From Alphaproteobacteria bacterium (GTDB lineage Bacteria; Pseudomonadota; Alphaproteobacteria; UBA7985), in assembly GCA_965228345.1 (NCBI GenBank), contig CBDDHH010000004.1, positions 74,983-138,982 of the forward strand: a stretch of 64,000 nt of DNA. The letters are read 5' to 3'. Shown here piece by piece: positions 60,252 to 64,000 of the stretch. The notes under the pieces were generated by a model. The model did not search any database. It saw only the letters and a program-made list of their open reading frames with translations, and was not told the DNA's origin. Both the position numbers and the translations under genes were made by a program. Positions within the stretch are counted from its first letter, which is position 1, and each line of letters begins with the position of its first letter.

Positions 60252-60401
60252 AAATAAAAGAGGAAACTTATGGAGGGCACGTCAGGACCAGCGCACTAAG
60301 GAGGCTATTCCTACTCGAAAGCGCTCCGAGGCTTGTGCAGACGTCAAACCTTCATTCTCCTTAACGGACAAAACATGAAGACGAAATTCTAAGGGATAAG
60401 T

Positions 60402-60593
60402 CATACCAGCGGAGATTTAAAATGACTCTTTTATTCGCTGGTATAAGGGCCGCGACTGCGGCCCCCGTAGCGGCCCCGAGATGAGCTAAGAAAGCGCCTC
60501 GGGGTATAAGCGAAGGGGAGGCGAAACGCGAAGCGTTTCTGCCGTGAGACATAAAACGGCTGAAAAAGTGTCAACTTTTTTCGCCGTTGGTAT
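60402..60593 (-). repeat. Modular hairpin repeat copy (reverse orientation, minimal form)
   Basis: cataccagcggagatttaaaatgactcttttattcgctggtat ... ggcgaaacgcgaagcgtttctgccgtgagaca ... ggctgaaaaagtgtcaacttttttcgccgttggtat. Confidence 0.85.
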
Positions 60594-60728
60594 TAATCGT
60601 AAAACATCGCGTATCTTGCGCATGGGCACTCTCTGCATAGCCCCTCCTCTTGGTCGTGAAAAACCAACAGGATAGGGCCTGGTTAGAGCGCCTCAAACAA
60701 ACACCAGCATCGCTCCCTAAATAGGGTG

Positions 60729-60820
60729 GCCGAATGACCCGGAATCACCAGCCGAATGATAATGGAACCGGTGGCCGAATGACGCTGGAATCACCGGCCG
60801 AATGACCCCGGAATGTGCCT
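60729..60820 (+). promoter_or_regulatory. Four imperfect direct repeats (22-24 bp period) GCCGAATGAC-N3-GGAATCACC, ~30 bp upstream of a membrane-protein gene
   Basis: gccgaatgacccggaatcacca / gccgaatgataatggaaccggtg / gccgaatgacgctggaatcaccg / gccgaatgaccccggaatgtgcc read directly from sequence. Confidence 0.4.
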
Positions 60821-60849
60821 CCTGTAACTAGAAGGATTATGAGAGCCTT

Positions 60850-61374
60850 ATGACACAAGTAACGACGTCTCCCGCAAGGCTCAATTTTGGTTGGTCGGGC
60901 GCCTATCGGCCTATTTGGATTATCTACGGTCTGATATTTATTTCAGTGACCCTTGGCGTTTTAGCCAATGGCCTTGGGTTTGATACCTGGATGGAGCTAT
61001 CCATGGGCGCGATTGCCTTAATCTTTGCTTTATTCAAGCTGTTTGATCTCAGGGCCTTTGCTAGAGACTTTGCTGGCTATGATGTATTGGCAAAGCGCAT
61101 ACCTGCCTATGGCCGCGCCTATCCCTTCATCGAGGCAGGGATGGGTCTGCTGTTCGTTGCGAGTATCGCCATTCCTGTCGCTCTGGTTGCTTCAGTTCTG
61201 GTCTTTGGGGCAGGGTTGATTGGCGTGTGGCAAGCCTTGCAGCGTGGCGAGAAGATTCAGTGCGCCTGTGTGGGCAAGATGTTTGATTTGCCCTTGTCGC
61301 GTGTTGCCCTGTTTGAAAATGGCCTCATGGTTGGCATGTCGCTAATTATGCTGATCCTCATGACCGTGAGATAG
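60850..61374 (+). CDS. Hypothetical 4-TM membrane protein (MauE/DoxX-like) with CxC motif
   Basis: 174 aa, four hydrophobic helices, ..KIQCACVGKMF... 4 bp upstream of the merR-like gene. Confidence 0.4.
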   Translation: MTQVTTSPARLNFGWSGAYRPIWIIYGLIFISVTLGVLANGLGFDTWMELSMGAIALIFALFKLFDLRAFARDFAGYDVLAKRIPAYGRAYPFIEAGMGLLFVASIAIPVALVASVLVFGAGLIGVWQALQRGEKIQCACVGKMFDLPLSRVALFENGLMVGMSLIMLILMTVR

Positions 61375-61378
61375 ACCC

Positions 61379-61703
61379 ATGAATATCCAGGGGGCTGCGC
61401 ACCTATCCAATTTGTCCACCAAAACCATCCGATACTATGAGGGTGTGGGCCTAATTTCCCCCACACGTTCACCCAACGGCTACCGCGACTTTGATCGAGT
61501 TGATGTTATTCGCCTTTCCTTCATTGCCCGCGCAAGGGGACTTGGCTTTTCTATTCGGGGAGGTGCGCACGCTCTTAGATTTACAAGATACTCCCAGCCG
61601 CGGTTCAGCAGAGGTAAAGGCCCTGGCCAAAGCGCATTTGAATGAGTTGGATCGCAAACTGGCCGAGCTTTCGCAGATGCGGCCCTTGTACCAAGCATCA
61701 TAA
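61379..61703 (+). pseudogene. MerR/CueR-like regulator interrupted by +1 frameshift (extra G near 61560)
   Basis: N-terminal HTH LSTKTIRYYEGVGLI..GYRDF..DVIRLSFIARARGLGFSI in one frame. Continuation EVRTLLDLQ..AEVKALAKAHLNELDRKLAELSQMR in the +1 frame (ORF 61491..61703). Removing one G from cgggga restores the frame. Confidence 0.55.
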
Positions 61704-61740
61704 AGGTCAAACTTTATGGCGCTTGGTATAAGACCTATCT

Positions 61741-62451
61741 TTACTGACCCTCAATCTGCTGGTGAGCCGCTTTTAGCGCTTCTAAAATTCTCTCATAAGC
61801 TTTATTAGTTTCTTTTAGTTCGGCGTTGATAGCGTCTAGTTCGGCGATAGTTTTCTGCTGTTCAGATAAACGTTTATCTAAATCCGCTTCTTCTGCGGCT
61901 AGTTCGGCGTTTTCTGCTTGTAAATCTGCTATAGATGCTTCTCTATCTGCTATAGATGCTTCCAAAGTTGCAACTTCTAGTCGTGCTTCAGCAATATCCA
62001 AGTCTAGGGTCGCTTCTTGAACTGTTTGTGATAAACCGTCGCAGGTTCGCGCCTCGTCACGACTCATCAGGGATCGGTTGTGAACCGGAAAACACAGCGT
62101 AGGATTTACCGCAAAATCCTCCACCCTTAGAGGCTCTTGGTCATTGTCCGCGCGGTCAGTGTTGAACCGCTCCAATATCTCGGGTTCTAGGTGGTCAGTT
62201 AGAGCTTGCAGAGCGATGGCGGAATCGGCAAGTTCTTCAGCGACCAGGGCTTCGGCTTCTTCAACCGTCAAGGGTTCCAGCCCCAGCTCGCTCAGGTTAG
62301 CCTCTATCTCTAGTTGGGTCAAAACAAGATCCCGCGGACCCGTAGATATGGGATCGATTGGCAGGGGGGCTTTCAAAGACCGATCGGCTGCTGAGGCCAT
62401 ACCAGACATCGCTAGCCCGGCTACTATAGGAACAATACCTCTAAAAACCAT
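61741..62451 (-). CDS. Secreted coiled-coil protein with internal tandem duplication
   Basis: Signal peptide MVFRGIVPIVAGLAMSGMASAA. C-terminal heptad-rich region containing duplicated EASIADREASIADL (24-bp DNA duplicate tctctatctgctatagatgcttc x2). Confidence 0.4.
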   Translation of the reverse strand: MVFRGIVPIVAGLAMSGMASAADRSLKAPLPIDPISTGPRDLVLTQLEIEANLSELGLEPLTVEEAEALVAEELADSAIALQALTDHLEPEILERFNTDRADNDQEPLRVEDFAVNPTLCFPVHNRSLMSRDEARTCDGLSQTVQEATLDLDIAEARLEVATLEASIADREASIADLQAENAELAAEEADLDKRLSEQQKTIAELDAINAELKETNKAYERILEALKAAHQQIEGQ

Positions 62452-62502
62452 GGTAGTTTAGGGTAATAACCAGAATGGGATCACCTTGGGAATACCTAAA
62501 AT

Positions 62503-62555
62503 TAAGAGTCGCTCATTCTTGCCGCTGGCATAACCCCTGTGCCCGCTGGTATAGG
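62503..62555. repeat. Degenerate solo unit (..gccgctggcataacccctgtgcccgctggtatagg)
   Basis: Contains two CCGCTGG(C/T)ATA clamp copies. Confidence 0.4.
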
Positions 62556-62566
62556 GGTCGCTGTTT

Positions 62567-64000
62567 TTAGGATCTTGGGGTGTCGATCCAGTTGGATACA
62601 GACTTGATTTCGCAGAAATCTTCGATGCCCCAAATGCCACCTTCGCGACCATTTCCCGACCCTTTCATGCCGCCGAAGGGCGAGCCCATCCCGCGGCCAA
62701 CGCCGTTGTTTTCGACCATGCCCGACCGCAAGCGGCGCGACACCCGCTGCAGCTTATCCTGGTCTTCGGTCTGGATGAAGTTGGTCAAGCCGTAGGGCGT
62801 GTCGTTGGCGATTTCGATCGCTTCATCCTCCGTGTCGAACGGAATGAGGCAAAAGACGGGGCCGAAGATCTCCTCACGGCTGATCGTGGCCTGATTGTCG
62901 ACATCGGCAAAAATCGTCGGGCGGACAAAGTAGCCTTGGTTGTGCCCCTCGGGGCGACCTAGACCTCCAGCGACCAAGGTCGCGCCTTCGTCTAGGCCTG
63001 TCTGGATCAGATTTTGGATCTTGTCGAATTGGGCCCTGGAAACCACTGGGCCGATGTGCTTGCCGTCTTCGTGCGCGGACTTGACCGCGAGTTTATCGGC
63101 GACTGCCTTGACCTCCTCAACGGTGCGATCATAGCGTGACCGCTCGACGAGCAGGCGTGTGGGGGCGTTGCAAGATTGTCCCGAGTTATTGAAAACACGC
63201 AGGGCGCTCCACTTCGCCGCGTCGTCGCGGGCATCAGCGAACAAGATATTGGCGCCCTTGCCGCCCAATTCCAGCGATACCCGTTTCAAGGTGTCCGCCG
63301 CGTTTTTGGAAATAGCGATGCCCGCGCGGGTCGAGCCGGTAAAGGAGACCATATGAACATCTTCATGAACGCACAGTTGCGTGCCGACGCCCGCTCCGTC
63401 GCCGTTGATGAGATTGAAGACACCGGCGGGGACGCCCGCCTCGTCCATGATTTCTGCCCACAAATGGCCCGAAAGAGGCGCGATTTCCGACGGTTTCAGT
63501 ACCATAGTATTGCCCGCGATCAGGGCAGGGAACACCTTGAGCACTATCTGATTCATGGGCCAGTTCCAGGGCGTGATCAGGGCGCACACGCCCACGGGAT
63601 CGTAGAGAACCCGGTCGTTGGGGGCATGATCGCCCAGAGAGGCGACGGGTTGCCATTGTTCGGCGGCGGCAAAAAAACCATCCATGTGCCAGGTCCCAGC
63701 GCCAACCTGCTGCGTGCGGGCCATGGCGATCGGTGCGCCCATTTCGGTGGCGATAGCCTGGGCCATGTCTTCGGCACGGGACTCATAGACTCTTTGGATG
63801 GTGCGGCACAAGGTCAGGCGCTCGGCCTTGGTCGTGTGTTGCCACGTCTTAAAAGCGTCCGTGGCAGCGGCGACCGCCGCGTTGGTGTCGGCCTGCCCGC
63901 CCAGGGCTATGTGGCCGACGATCGCCTCGGTTGAGGGGTCAATGATCTCAAAATCGTTCCCATCAATGGGGTCAACCCACGCGCCGCCGATGTAAAATTG
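62567..64000 (-). CDS. NAD(P)-dependent aldehyde dehydrogenase, N-terminus beyond window end
   Basis: Frame is open to the window edge (..QFYIGGAWVDPIDGNDFEIIDPSTEAIVGHIALGGQADTNAAVAAATDAFKTW..). Catalytic ..FNNSGQSC.. and ..ELGGKGANI.. motifs present. Confidence 0.85.
   Translation of the reverse strand, partial: QFYIGGAWVDPIDGNDFEIIDPSTEAIVGHIALGGQADTNAAVAAATDAFKTWQHTTKAERLTLCRTIQRVYESRAEDMAQAIATEMGAPIAMARTQQVGAGTWHMDGFFAAAEQWQPVASLGDHAPNDRVLYDPVGVCALITPWNWPMNQIVLKVFPALIAGNTMVLKPSEIAPLSGHLWAEIMDEAGVPAGVFNLINGDGAGVGTQLCVHEDVHMVSFTGSTRAGIAISKNAADTLKRVSLELGGKGANILFADARDDAAKWSALRVFNNSGQSCNAPTRLLVERSRYDRTVEEVKAVADKLAVKSAHEDGKHIGPVVSRAQFDKIQNLIQTGLDEGATLVAGGLGRPEGHNQGYFVRPTIFADVDNQATISREEIFGPVFCLIPFDTEDEAIEIANDTPYGLTNFIQTEDQDKLQRVSRRLRSGMVENNGVGRGMGSPFGGMKGSGNGREGGIWGIEDFCEIKSVSNWIDTPRS

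Noticed and set aside
60257-60400. AT-rich 140 bp between IS remnant and repeat copy, considered as further IS or phage-derived sequence
   Set aside because: No ORF, inverted repeat or recognisable motif. Cannot be classified from sequence alone.

Overview
This is a high-GC (roughly 60%+) alphaproteobacterial chromosomal window dominated by housekeeping genes. Genes present: an Lhr-like DEXH helicase (partial at the window start), a Ppx/GppA phosphatase, a MATE transporter, the pgsA-mobB-moeA-moaD-moaE cluster, a TIGR02300 protein divergent from aroA, hslVU-rpsP-ffh, two ABC-F ATPases, yggS, upp, a NaChBac-type voltage-gated sodium channel, a GST, pgk, pyk, tRNA-Ala(GGC), a BKACE/acyl-CoA operon, atpI-atpB-atpE-atpF'-atpF, an L-carnitine dehydrogenase-like gene, a PaiB-like gene, a RumA-like methyltransferase, aroC, fabI, rpsU, ygfZ, pyrC-like dihydroorotase, an AI-2E transporter, chaC, icd, a cyclophilin, and an aldehyde dehydrogenase (partial at the window end). 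The most striking thing is not a gene. It is a very dense family of about 20 copies of a modular, hairpin-rich intergenic repeat, about 7% of the window. Each copy is built from roughly 45-bp palindromic end units clamped by TATACCA...TGGTATA, plus a conserved core of nested hairpins and optional modules, one of which expands as a 48-bp tandem array of up to 5 copies. Copies sit immediately after stop codons, run into promoter regions, and in one place have truncated a gene (an mtnN fragment). Other points of interest: a low-GC islet (CMP-kinase-like, sulfotransferase, porin); a membrane-anchored Rrf2-like protein; an IalB/DUF4329 pair; an IS3-family remnant; an iteron-like direct repeat array ahead of a membrane protein/frameshifted MerR pair; and candidate carnitine catabolism genes. 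No CRISPR array, rRNA or obvious prophage was seen.
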